A stretch of 20,000 bases of DNA from an uncultured virus (IMG/VR IMGVR_UViG_3300025131_000021) (lineage: Duplodnaviria; Heunggongvirae; Uroviricota; Caudoviricetes). Of this stretch, positions 9,194 to 18,646 are shown in pieces. Below the pieces are notes generated by a model that was not told where the DNA came from, did no database searches, and was given only the letters and a program-made list of their open reading frames with translations. The stretch spans positions 53,540 through 73,539 of the IMG/VR virus record IMGVR_UViG_3300025131_000021. One strand, 5' to 3'. Position 1 is the first letter of the stretch, and every line of letters starts with the position of its first letter. The position numbers and the translations under genes are program-made.

Positions 9194-10088
9194 TGGATTA
9201 TGTGCCTTTGCATATAATAATGATGAAATCAACTATGTTGAAATGGCATATATTTGTGCATTACACGCAAAAGCATATTTAAAAAATAATAACTTTTGTT
9301 TAATTACTGACGAGGGTTCCCTCTCGTATATGAAACAATTATACAAGCCTAAAATATTAGAAAAAGTTATCGACGTTGTAATGGTAACAGAAAATCCCCT
9401 TGAAGATATGGGGGAAAATAAAAATATACGGAATCATTTTGATAGTCCGTGGACTGAATTTAGAGCCCCATTTATTAATAGCAATAAACACGAAGTGTAT
9501 CAAATTACTCCGTATGATAAAACTATTTTAATAGATTTAGATTACCTTGTGATGTCAAACATGTTAGATAGTTATTTTGAAATGAATTCGCCAATAGGTA
9601 TGTTTGTTAATGCAAAAAACATTCGTGGAAATAACCCATTATGGAAAGAAATATGGTTACATAATGCAGGTATAAAAATGAAATGGTCGACTGTTATTGC
9701 ATTTGATAAAAGTGACGAGGCAAAAATATTTTTTGATATGTGGGAATATGTTAAGGATAATTATAATTACTTTAAATTTTTATATAACTTTCCACAAGGA
9801 CTATACAGGACTGATTATTGTGTAAGTATTGCTTCGCATATTATGTCTGATTCAAAAGAATCAGACTGGTATAATTTTAACGAAAGAATGTACTTTAGTG
9901 ATCAGAAAGATGAGATATATGATTTTAATGACGGGATATATAGCATTATGGCTAATGATCAAAAAGAAAACTGGAAAGACATTCCAGTGACATGGAGAGA
10001 TGTAGATATTCATATGATGAATAAACGATCAATTAGTAGAATAGCACCTAAGGTAATAGAATATTATGAAAAAGAGCTCAACTTATAA
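9180..10088 (+). CDS. Putative glycosyltransferase, GT-A fold (GT8-like)
   Basis: N-terminal Rossmann-like strand/helix (LCAFAYNN...YVEMAYICA), CLITD, then K...YQITPYDKTILIDLDYL with a DxD motif, and a C-terminal IHMMNK. Confidence 0.65.
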   Translation: MPQNNGLCAFAYNNDEINYVEMAYICALHAKAYLKNNNFCLITDEGSLSYMKQLYKPKILEKVIDVVMVTENPLEDMGENKNIRNHFDSPWTEFRAPFINSNKHEVYQITPYDKTILIDLDYLVMSNMLDSYFEMNSPIGMFVNAKNIRGNNPLWKEIWLHNAGIKMKWSTVIAFDKSDEAKIFFDMWEYVKDNYNYFKFLYNFPQGLYRTDYCVSIASHIMSDSKESDWYNFNERMYFSDQKDEIYDFNDGIYSIMANDQKENWKDIPVTWRDVDIHMMNKRSISRIAPKVIEYYEKELNL

Positions 10089-10929
10089 AAAATGGAAGAT
10101 AACGCCAATAGAAGCAGACTTTGGTATTACATTGTTATTAGATAAAAATAGTGATCCAGTACAAAAAGACTGTTTGTTTGTATGTGTTAAAAGTATTAAA
10201 AAATCATATCCTGATGTTCCTATTGCAGTAATAACAGATCAAAAGTTAAACATGAAAGAAATTGATTATCTTATTCCGCAGGAAATTGCTATTGATAGTT
10301 ATTGGACTGATAAGAAAATTAATCTTTGCACTTTGTATTGGCTAACCCCATTTAAAGTTACGTTATTTCTTGATAATGATTTTATAATAACCGACAATCA
10401 AAATTTTAATCAGTACTATATTGAATTAATTAAAACAATAACTTTTCCGCAAACTGTTTTAAGTTTTAGAGGATACAAGTTACCATATAATCATAGAGTA
10501 CTAGAAGAAAACAATATTCAAACTATTCTTCCTCATACTTTTGCATTTAAAAGAGATGACGAAACTACGTTAGAGTTTTTTAATTTATGGTATCAAGTTT
10601 GTCAATATTGGCAATCATTTTTTCCATATGTTAACAAGACTATTAAATTTAAAAACTTTGATTCAACAATAGCATTATCATTGACTGCTCATATATTGGG
10701 CATAACTAAAGAAATTAAAAGTAATGTATACACATATGTACATATGAATCCGTTCTTAGAAAGAACATTTCCTGGAATTAGAAATCCAGCATGGTCATCC
10801 TTCTTAAAAATATGGCCTTCTGACGATGGAATAGCAATAGAAAATTATAAAGTAAATAAGTTACTACATTACAAAGATAAAAAAGTTATCTCAATATATA
10901 AGAAGCAATTACATGAGTGGTTACGTTGA
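10066..10929 (+). CDS. Putative glycosyltransferase, GT-A fold (GT8-like), distant paralogue of 9180-10088
   Basis: SIKKSYPDVPIAVITD, K.....YWLTPFKVTLFLDNDF (DxD), FFNLW and C-terminal LLHYKDK; same motif order as the upstream gene. Confidence 0.65.
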   Translation: MKKSSTYKKWKITPIEADFGITLLLDKNSDPVQKDCLFVCVKSIKKSYPDVPIAVITDQKLNMKEIDYLIPQEIAIDSYWTDKKINLCTLYWLTPFKVTLFLDNDFIITDNQNFNQYYIELIKTITFPQTVLSFRGYKLPYNHRVLEENNIQTILPHTFAFKRDDETTLEFFNLWYQVCQYWQSFFPYVNKTIKFKNFDSTIALSLTAHILGITKEIKSNVYTYVHMNPFLERTFPGIRNPAWSSFLKIWPSDDGIAIENYKVNKLLHYKDKKVISIYKKQLHEWLR

Positions 10930-11908
10930 AACAGTTGACAGGAATCATAAATTGTGGGTTTATAGTAACAAATATACTGGTGCGGTTTTAGAGTTTAGAC
11001 ATAGACCAAGCGAAACGTATGATACAGAAAATATACGTGAAACATTGCACCAAACAGAAGACGTTAAAGGATACTTAGAAGAAGATGTTAATTATAATAA
11101 ACTTCAAGTACACTATAATCCCGACATTCGTGATTACGATATAAAACTTAAAGATAATAAAATTAACATTCGTGTTGATGAACAATCCTTATTTCAAGTT
11201 CCTGAATTTGAGTGGGATAATACGTATGGCGACATTAATGTAATCATTGATAAAGATAATGATGTTTTATATTTCAAAGTAGGACAACAAATATATGACG
11301 AATTACTAAACTTAGAATTAAGTAATCAAGTTAATATTACAACTAATCAAAACGTTTTAGAATTTTGGATTACAAAGAAGAACCAGCCACACATTTTGTT
11401 AGATACTTTAAAATTAAACACAAAACAATTTTTAGCAGATGGACAATATACATTTGATATTTCTGATATTAAAACTCACGTAAATTATAATGAACTAAGT
11501 ATTTTTACACAACGTCTTTTCTCAGATTATAAGATGTTTTATAAAAACCAATTTTCAGCAATACTTGAAAACCAAGAAAAATTTCATACAATTCAAGTAG
11601 CAATGCATGAAAAATATTCAGACTTAGCAATTTGGCAAGAACAAGTAGAACTAGATTATAAAACTAACACATATTCAAAACGTTATGCTTGTATGTCGTC
11701 TATTAAAAACTTTGCAAAGTACGATATTTTAGATGACTATATACAATTATATTGTGTAAACAAAAACAATACAAACGATTTAATCGACGTTATACGAATA
11801 CCTATATTAGAAATAAAAAACGAACGAGTATATAACTTTTGGATTAATACAAATGAAGAAGTAAACTTTCTTCATAATCACCAAAAAATCTTAATGGGCA
11901 TACAATGA
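10913..11908 (+). CDS. Hypothetical protein with possible internal duplication
   Basis: 331-aa ORF overlapping both neighbours; no catalytic motif recognised. Confidence 0.6.
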   Translation: MSGYVETVDRNHKLWVYSNKYTGAVLEFRHRPSETYDTENIRETLHQTEDVKGYLEEDVNYNKLQVHYNPDIRDYDIKLKDNKINIRVDEQSLFQVPEFEWDNTYGDINVIIDKDNDVLYFKVGQQIYDELLNLELSNQVNITTNQNVLEFWITKKNQPHILLDTLKLNTKQFLADGQYTFDISDIKTHVNYNELSIFTQRLFSDYKMFYKNQFSAILENQEKFHTIQVAMHEKYSDLAIWQEQVELDYKTNTYSKRYACMSSIKNFAKYDILDDYIQLYCVNKNNTNDLIDVIRIPILEIKNERVYNFWINTNEEVNFLHNHQKILMGIQ

Positions 11909-12876
11909 GAATACCAATTACAGAATACGATGTTGTATTCATTAGTTATGATGAGCCTAATGCTGATGATAATTATGCAGATTTACTTAATAAAATTCCA
12001 TGGGCTAAACGTTCGCACGGAATATGGGGAAGCGATGCCGCACATAAGGCGGCCGCGGAAATAGCCGAAACTGATAGATTTATTGGTATTGATGCTGATA
12101 ATATTATTGATCCTGAATTTTTAAATATCGAATTAGATGATACAAAAATTGATATGTCTGTTGATGTTATTAGCTGGAGTGCTAAAAATCAAGTAAACGG
12201 TTTAGTATATGGCAATGGAGGAATTAAATGTTGGCCTAAAGCCGTAGTTGAAAACATGATGACACATGAGAATTCCAATTCTAAAGAAGGACAAGTAGAC
12301 TTTTGTTGGGACATACATTATGTGCAAATGAATAATATTTATAGTACAATTTTTAATAATGCAACTCCATATCAAGCATATAGAGCAGGCTTTCGCGAAG
12401 GTTGTAAGATGAGTTTAGATATGGGAGATGTTGTACCTGCAGACCAATTTAAAGCACGAGTACACTATAAAAATTATAAACGATTATTAGTATGGATGTC
12501 TGTTGGTGCAGATACATTAAATGGTTGGTGGTGTATGTATGGTGCTCGCTTAGGATGTTGGATGACAAACTTTGAACGAGATAATTGGAATTGGGTTGAT
12601 GTACGTGATTTTGAATGGCATACACGTTACTGGAAAGAGAATATTGCTCCACAATTTGAAAGTGAAGTAAATGCTGGGGTAACCTGTACTTATACAGGTT
12701 GGACATATGACTTTGATAAATTAATATCTGAGACATGTAGAATAGGCGAAGATTTAAGATCAGAATTAAACTTAGAAATTGCCGATCTTGATGATTTAGG
12801 TAGTAAATTCTTTAAAGAAACTTACACAAATCCGCCACGAACCGCTCCATTAATTAGAGAGGATCAAATAATATGA
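11905..12876 (+). CDS. Putative glycosyltransferase (GT-A/GT2-like nucleotide-diphospho-sugar transferase)
   Basis: DVVFISYDEPNADDNY N-terminus, AHKAAA helix, FIGIDADN (DxD), NGLVYGNGGIKCW and AYRAGFREGCKM. ATGA overlap with the previous gene. Confidence 0.65.
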   Translation: MRIPITEYDVVFISYDEPNADDNYADLLNKIPWAKRSHGIWGSDAAHKAAAEIAETDRFIGIDADNIIDPEFLNIELDDTKIDMSVDVISWSAKNQVNGLVYGNGGIKCWPKAVVENMMTHENSNSKEGQVDFCWDIHYVQMNNIYSTIFNNATPYQAYRAGFREGCKMSLDMGDVVPADQFKARVHYKNYKRLLVWMSVGADTLNGWWCMYGARLGCWMTNFERDNWNWVDVRDFEWHTRYWKENIAPQFESEVNAGVTCTYTGWTYDFDKLISETCRIGEDLRSELNLEIADLDDLGSKFFKETYTNPPRTAPLIREDQII

Positions 12877-12929
12877 GTATATTAAATGAAAATTGGGAAA
12901 TATGAGTATATTAAATGAAAATTGGGAAA
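12872..12929 (+). repeat. Exact 29-bp tandem direct duplication (tatgagtatattaaatgaaaattgggaaa x2)
   Basis: Copies at 12872-12900 and 12901-12929 are identical by direct comparison. Confidence 0.95.
12873..12905 (+). other. 10-codon mini-ORF (MSILNENWEI*) created by the duplication
   Basis: The ATG at 12873 overlaps the upstream TGA (12874-12876); its own TGA (12903-12905) overlaps the ATG at 12902. Translation is not demonstrated. Confidence 0.5.
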
Positions 12930-14410
12930 AAAGAGGTAATTATATAGTTCATTCGTCGCATAATTTTGAATTAATGAAAAACAAACAAGACGAAATAGGT
13001 CCTGGGTTTTGTATAGCAAAGTGGAATCAAGTTTCGTTACATTTAGAAACAGGATTAACACATAGTTGTCATCATCCAACAGCTCATGAAATACCGTTAG
13101 CAGAATTAGAAAAAAATCCTTCTGCATTACACAATACAGAGTTTAAAAAACAACAAAGAAAACTCATGCTTGAAGGTAATAGGCCTAAAGAATGCGATTA
13201 TTGTTGGCGTATTGAAGATCAAAATCAGTATAGCGATCGGCAAATGAAAACTATCGAGCCTTGGGCATTAAAAGATTTTGATGAAATAAGTTTAATGACC
13301 GGTGATGAAAATGTTCCTCCAAAATATTTAGAAGTTAGTTTTACTAATGCATGTAATCAAAAATGTATATATTGTGGGCCTGAATTTAGTACGGCTTGGA
13401 TAGAAGAATTGAAGGAACACGGACCAGTAGTAGTTCTAAAAGAATATAATAACTATAAACGTATAGAGCAAGGATGGCAAAATTTAGATGATCTTTATTA
13501 TAAAAAAAATCAAACCAATCCTTATATAGATGCATTTTGGAAATGGTTTCCAGAAATTTATGATAAATTAGAAATATACAGAATAACAGGAGGCGAACCT
13601 TTATTAAGCAAAGATACTTTTAAAAGTATGGAGTTTTTTTTAAAAAATCCCAATCCTAATTTAGCATTAGCAATTAATAGTAACCTTAGTGTACCTGAAA
13701 AAGTATGGTCAAAATTTATAAATTTATGTAAAAATCTCATTACTTCAAAAGCAATAAGTAAATTAACAATATTTACAAGTATAGAAAGTTGGGGCGAACA
13801 AGCAAATTATGCTAGATATGGTTTAGATTTTGATGTTTATAGACAACGTATAGAAGAAATTGCAAATATAAATGATTTAAGATGTGTTTTTATGTCTACT
13901 TATAATATTTTGAGTGTACCTTCTTTTTATAAAATATTAGAATGGCAATTAGAGCTAAAGAAAAAATACAATACAATAAATTTAGATAAAGAAAAACCAT
14001 CACATTCTTGGTTGATGGGTATAGATATTCCGTACCTTAGACATCCTCAATATTTAGATGTAGGTATTCTCACAGATGATATAAAAGAAAAATATATGTT
14101 ACCTTGTTTAGATTTCATGAAAAACAATATTTCGTCAGACCATACTGGATTTGAAGAATACGAAATGATTAAGTTTCAACGTATTATCGAATCATTTGAT
14201 GTTCCTAAAAACAATAAAACAAAATTAAGTATACGTAGAGCAAAATTTTATGATGTAATAAATGAAATGGACAAAAGACGAGGTACAAATTTTTTAAAGA
14301 CTTTTCCTGAATTAAAAGAATTTTATTTTGAATGTGAAAAAAATAGGAATATGATAAAATATGCAGTAAATGTAGTAGTTGATAGAGAAGCATATGAGTA
14401 CGGTCCATAA
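12902..14410 (+). CDS. Radical SAM protein with N-terminal twitch-like Fe-S domain
   Basis: CNQKCIYC (CX3CX2C), ITGGEP and INSN motifs; N-terminal FCIAKW...HSCHH...ECDYCW cysteine cluster. The ATG at 12902 is preferred to the TTG at 12893. Confidence 0.88.
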   Translation: MSILNENWEKRGNYIVHSSHNFELMKNKQDEIGPGFCIAKWNQVSLHLETGLTHSCHHPTAHEIPLAELEKNPSALHNTEFKKQQRKLMLEGNRPKECDYCWRIEDQNQYSDRQMKTIEPWALKDFDEISLMTGDENVPPKYLEVSFTNACNQKCIYCGPEFSTAWIEELKEHGPVVVLKEYNNYKRIEQGWQNLDDLYYKKNQTNPYIDAFWKWFPEIYDKLEIYRITGGEPLLSKDTFKSMEFFLKNPNPNLALAINSNLSVPEKVWSKFINLCKNLITSKAISKLTIFTSIESWGEQANYARYGLDFDVYRQRIEEIANINDLRCVFMSTYNILSVPSFYKILEWQLELKKKYNTINLDKEKPSHSWLMGIDIPYLRHPQYLDVGILTDDIKEKYMLPCLDFMKNNISSDHTGFEEYEMIKFQRIIESFDVPKNNKTKLSIRRAKFYDVINEMDKRRGTNFLKTFPELKEFYFECEKNRNMIKYAVNVVVDREAYEYGP

Positions 14411-15869
14411 AGCATTTTTAGAGCCTACTGTTAACTATATTAAACGAGTTCTCAATTCAAAAAGTAAATCATTTTGCGGAGCAAAATGGTATAATGCAAC
14501 TATATGGTTAGGACAAGGAGTTAATTCTAGTTGTCATCATCCGCCTCCGCATCCTATAGACCAAAATGAGATTAAAACTAATTATAAAGCAATTCATAAT
14601 ACAAAATATAAAAAATTAGTTCGTAAACAAATGTTAGAAGGAATCCGGCCTTCTGAATGCGAATATTGTTGGAAAATAGAAGATAATAATATTAATAATA
14701 TAAGTGATAGATTTCATAAAAGTGTAGTATATACAGAAAAAGAATTGCGAGATATTACTAAATTCAAATGGAATGAAGATGTAGATTTATTAACATTGGA
14801 AATTGCATTTGATAATAATTGTAATTTTGCATGTAGTTATTGTAATCCTACGTGCTCCGCTACATGGAGTAAAGATATAAGAACACATGGTGCATATAAT
14901 AGTTTACAAGGAGCAGATGATGTCGGTTTAACATTTGCTCAAACCGGAGAATGGGCGTTACCATATGGATCAAAAAATGAGAATAATCCTTATGTAGAAG
15001 CATTTTGGAAATGGTGGGGTGCCGATTTATGTATTACATTAAAAGAATTGCGGGTAACTGGTGGTGAACCAACTGTTAGTAATAATTTTTGGAAATTACT
15101 AGATTGGTGGAAAGAGCATAAAGAATGCCAAGTAATATTAGCAATTAATTCTAATTTGGGTTTTAAATTTGAAATATGCGATAAATTAGTTAAAGCTAGC
15201 CATTATATAAACACATGTCATATTTACACAAGTAACGAAAGTTATGGCAAACATGCAGAATATATTAGAGATGGATTAGTTTGGGACCAATGGACTGATA
15301 ATTTAAATATTATAGCAAAACATAGTAGAATAAAATTAATACATATAATGTTTACGGTTAATGCATTGTGTTTAGCAAGCATTACAAAATTAATAGAATA
15401 TATTTTTACTTTTCAAGAAACATATAAAGATATTAAAATAGATATGAGTTTTAATATCTTGCGGTGGCCTAGTTTTCAAAGTATTACAACATTACCTAAA
15501 TATTTGGTTGAACAAAAAATTAAAGAATTGGAAGAATTTATAGAACATAATAGTCAGCCACCATATTTTAAGGAAGGTTTAAAAAGTCATCAAGTAGATA
15601 GATTAATTACTTTAATAAATTATTTAAAAAACGAAGTTGAAGGATTTGATGGTGCAACCGATTTAACCAAAAGACAACAAAATTTTAAAGCATTTTATAC
15701 TCAATACGATCAACGCAGAAATAAATCTTTTATTGATACATTTGCTGATTGGCCGGAATTAGTTGAATGGTATAATTCTTTAGATTATAAATTTGTACCT
15801 CAAGAACGAACTAGCGGTGTTCAACCTAAAAATGATCATTATAAAAGAGTGTTAGATGATAAAATATGA
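14394..15869 (+). CDS. Radical SAM protein with N-terminal twitch-like Fe-S domain (paralogue of 12902-14410)
   Basis: CNFACSYC, VTGGEP and INSNL motifs; N-terminal FCGAKW...SSCHH...ECEYCW; shares NPY..AFWKW and D.RR...F..TF with the previous gene. The ATG at 14394 is preferred to the TTG at 14379. Confidence 0.88.
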   Translation: MSTVHKAFLEPTVNYIKRVLNSKSKSFCGAKWYNATIWLGQGVNSSCHHPPPHPIDQNEIKTNYKAIHNTKYKKLVRKQMLEGIRPSECEYCWKIEDNNINNISDRFHKSVVYTEKELRDITKFKWNEDVDLLTLEIAFDNNCNFACSYCNPTCSATWSKDIRTHGAYNSLQGADDVGLTFAQTGEWALPYGSKNENNPYVEAFWKWWGADLCITLKELRVTGGEPTVSNNFWKLLDWWKEHKECQVILAINSNLGFKFEICDKLVKASHYINTCHIYTSNESYGKHAEYIRDGLVWDQWTDNLNIIAKHSRIKLIHIMFTVNALCLASITKLIEYIFTFQETYKDIKIDMSFNILRWPSFQSITTLPKYLVEQKIKELEEFIEHNSQPPYFKEGLKSHQVDRLITLINYLKNEVEGFDGATDLTKRQQNFKAFYTQYDQRRNKSFIDTFADWPELVEWYNSLDYKFVPQERTSGVQPKNDHYKRVLDDKI

Positions 15870-17013
15870 AGATATTAAAAAAATTCACGTTGAATTAAGT
15901 TCAAAATGTAATGCTAATTGCCCTGGATGTCCTCGAAATGTTCAAGGAGGATATGAGCTCCCCTCATTAAAAAAAGCAGAATTAAGTATAGATGATTTTA
16001 AAAAACTTTTTTTAAAAGATTTTTTAAAACAAATAGATTCGATTTTATTTTGCGGTAATTATGGCGATCCTATTACTTGCAACGACATTATTCCTATATT
16101 AACTTATATTAAATCATGTAGTGACGCAAATATAAGAATTCATACTAATGGTAGTCTTAGAACACCCGAATTTTGGAAAAACATTGCAACTATTCTTTCG
16201 CCATCTGATACGATTATATGGAGTATAGATGGATTAAGCGACACGAATCATTTATATAGACGAGGTACTGATTGGAATAAAATTATAGATAATGCAACTT
16301 CATTTATAGAAGCAGGAGGTATCGCAACTTGGGAATATTTAATTTTTAAGCATAACGAGCATCAAATAAACGAAGCACGTGAATTATCAAAAAAATTAGG
16401 ATTTCAATATTTCGCTCCTAAAAAAGCATTTGGGTTCGAATCAGACAATTATGCAGTTAAAGCAATGCAAGTTGTTAATAAAAATGGTGATCATGATTAT
16501 TTTATACATCCCCCCAGTGAGAAAAATAGAAATATAGATGTTTTAAAAGCAAAGCAAAATAAAAACGAAAAACTATATCCTCATTCCTATAATCGTAATA
16601 AATTTATTGAAGATTATAATATAAAGTGTAAAGAATTAAATAAACTAGTTTCAGAAGGTTATTTTGATTATTTAGATGATGTAGAAGTAAGTTGTAGTAC
16701 CATAAACAATTCTGAGATATTTATAGATAGTTTCGGAGGAGTTCATCCGTGTTGTTACTTAGGACATGTATCACAAGAAGCCGATTCACATGTAGAAATT
16801 CAATATGCTAATTTTATAAATATGCTAGGAACATCGTATAATTTTAATGGTATTACACATGGTGTTCGTTATATAGTAGAAAATTCATATTTTAATCTAA
16901 TAAAAGAAACTTGGTCAAAGACTCATAGAAATGGCCGAATAGCACAATGCTCTAGAATGTGTTCAAAAAACGATAACATTATAGATAGTTTATATAATAA
17001 AGAAAATGCATAA
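15856..17013 (+). CDS. Radical SAM protein with C-terminal SPASM/twitch-like cysteine domain
   Basis: ELSSKCNANCPGC (CX3CX2C), FCGNYGDP, HTNGS and WSIDG; C-terminal C...IFIDSFGGVHPCCY...CSRMC. Confidence 0.88.
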   Translation: MIKYEDIKKIHVELSSKCNANCPGCPRNVQGGYELPSLKKAELSIDDFKKLFLKDFLKQIDSILFCGNYGDPITCNDIIPILTYIKSCSDANIRIHTNGSLRTPEFWKNIATILSPSDTIIWSIDGLSDTNHLYRRGTDWNKIIDNATSFIEAGGIATWEYLIFKHNEHQINEARELSKKLGFQYFAPKKAFGFESDNYAVKAMQVVNKNGDHDYFIHPPSEKNRNIDVLKAKQNKNEKLYPHSYNRNKFIEDYNIKCKELNKLVSEGYFDYLDDVEVSCSTINNSEIFIDSFGGVHPCCYLGHVSQEADSHVEIQYANFINMLGTSYNFNGITHGVRYIVENSYFNLIKETWSKTHRNGRIAQCSRMCSKNDNIIDSLYNKENA

Positions 17014-18646
17014 TTATAATTTTGTTTTTGAAAAAGACGATGTTGGTAATTTTTTAAAAAATAATCCTTTTGTTTTTAGCGTAGAAAATAACCAGGTTAA
17101 TTACATAAAAAGAGCAACTGAGGTATTTTTTTATAAAATTAATTATGGAGCATATAGAAATCATAAAAATTACAATACTATTAAAAATATTACTCACCAT
17201 CATATAAATTTTAATATAACAGATTTAGAAGATTTACCAGAAAAAGATTATTGTTATTATTATATATCTTTTAATGTAATGTATGGTATGTTTCTACCAC
17301 AAGGCTATGCTTCTAATAAAAGTAATGTAGAAAAAACAAGTAAAGAAGAAATTTTATCAACTTTGGAGAATAATTGTAAGTTTATTCTTCCAGATAAAAT
17401 TAAAAAATTATTAGATAAAGATAAATGTAAAATTATTTTAGATACTTCCAAAGAAGGGGTCGGACATATCTTACAATGGGATAAATTTTTTAAACTTACA
17501 AATTTAACACCTAATCAAGTTATACATACAACTGGAGATGTTTTATTAGGAAGTAACATTAGTATTCCGACTACATTTTATAATCAATGGGAAAGAAGCG
17601 TTGCAACATTATCATTTTCAAGACACCAGGAAGTAATACATAAATTAAAAGAATTAATATTAACTAAAGAGAAACGAAAATGGTATGGTTTATGTCTAAA
17701 CAGAGTTACAAAACCCCACAGAATAGAAATTTGTAAATTTGCTGCCGAAAATTTACCAAATAAAATAGATTATAGTTTTGGTTTGTTTAGTTGGAATACT
17801 TCGTTTGAACGAGATAAACAAACCGACAAGCCGTTAGATACCGCATTGTTTCAAGAATGGAAATATCGTATAGCCAATGATACTGCTAGTTATTTTGCAA
17901 CTCCAGCCGATGTTAAAGAATATTTTACATGGTTATCTGAACACGACGAAAAATCCAGTGATTTAGAACCCAACATACCATTTAGTCGTAATATGGTAAC
18001 TTTTTTTAATCATAATTCATATTATAATTCTTATTTTAGTATTGTATGTGAAACATTTTATGAACAACAAGGTGCCTTGTTTGTATCTGAAAAAATTTTT
18101 AAACCTATAGCATATTTACAACCATTTATTGTAATTGGCCAAGCATATGTTATAGAATATATGAGGCATTTAGGGTATGATGTATTTGATGATATAATAG
18201 ATCATTCATATGATAAAATAGTAAATCCTAGACATAGAATGGATAAAATAAAAGAAGAATTAATTAGACTATGTCGTATATCATTAGACCAATGGTCTGA
18301 TATTTTACATCATATATTTCCTAGATTATATAGCAATTATCATCATTTAAATTTAGCATTTTATAGAGATGATAAATTTCATATGCCTGTTCATGTAAAT
18401 GAACCAAAATATTACGAACCAATACATTCTTTTGAAACAAAAGAAAAGTATAGAAAATTATCTAGTTTGCTTAATTCTAAAGTAGAACTATCTAACTCAT
18501 TTTATTCGTCGTTGTATTCTAATATGGAATATGCCAATTCGACAGCCAGGACATACACTAATGAAATATATAATTATCTTTCATTAAATAAAAACATAAC
18601 TAATTCTTATTATAATAAAAACTATAATTATGATAGAACAACATAA
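17006..18646 (+). CDS. Hypothetical protein, possible GT-B-type glycosyltransferase
   Basis: LCLNRVTKPHR and FSIVCET...FVSEKIFKPI....PFIVIG...LGYDVFDDIIDHSYD. The E...(T/S)EK...P-hydrophobic-G pattern recalls the nucleotide-sugar-binding motif of GT10 fucosyltransferases; the assignment is tentative. Confidence 0.5.
   Translation: MHNYNFVFEKDDVGNFLKNNPFVFSVENNQVNYIKRATEVFFYKINYGAYRNHKNYNTIKNITHHHINFNITDLEDLPEKDYCYYYISFNVMYGMFLPQGYASNKSNVEKTSKEEILSTLENNCKFILPDKIKKLLDKDKCKIILDTSKEGVGHILQWDKFFKLTNLTPNQVIHTTGDVLLGSNISIPTTFYNQWERSVATLSFSRHQEVIHKLKELILTKEKRKWYGLCLNRVTKPHRIEICKFAAENLPNKIDYSFGLFSWNTSFERDKQTDKPLDTALFQEWKYRIANDTASYFATPADVKEYFTWLSEHDEKSSDLEPNIPFSRNMVTFFNHNSYYNSYFSIVCETFYEQQGALFVSEKIFKPIAYLQPFIVIGQAYVIEYMRHLGYDVFDDIIDHSYDKIVNPRHRMDKIKEELIRLCRISLDQWSDILHHIFPRLYSNYHHLNLAFYRDDKFHMPVHVNEPKYYEPIHSFETKEKYRKLSSLLNSKVELSNSFYSSLYSNMEYANSTARTYTNEIYNYLSLNKNITNSYYNKNYNYDRTT

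Noticed and set aside
12872..12929. 29-bp repeat as a CRISPR array or transposon target-site duplication
   Set aside because: Only two directly adjacent copies with no spacer or intervening element, and no cas, transposase or integrase gene in the window.
14392..14400. ATATGAGTA shared by the starts of both twitch radical SAM genes, as a recombination site
   Set aside because: Only 9 bp, AT-rich, explained by Met-Ser starts, and also present inside a CDS near 6146.
12902..17013. Assigning the radical SAM genes to moaA, queE, nrdG or pqqE
   Set aside because: Sizes, domain order and neighbourhood do not match, and no partner genes of those pathways are present.
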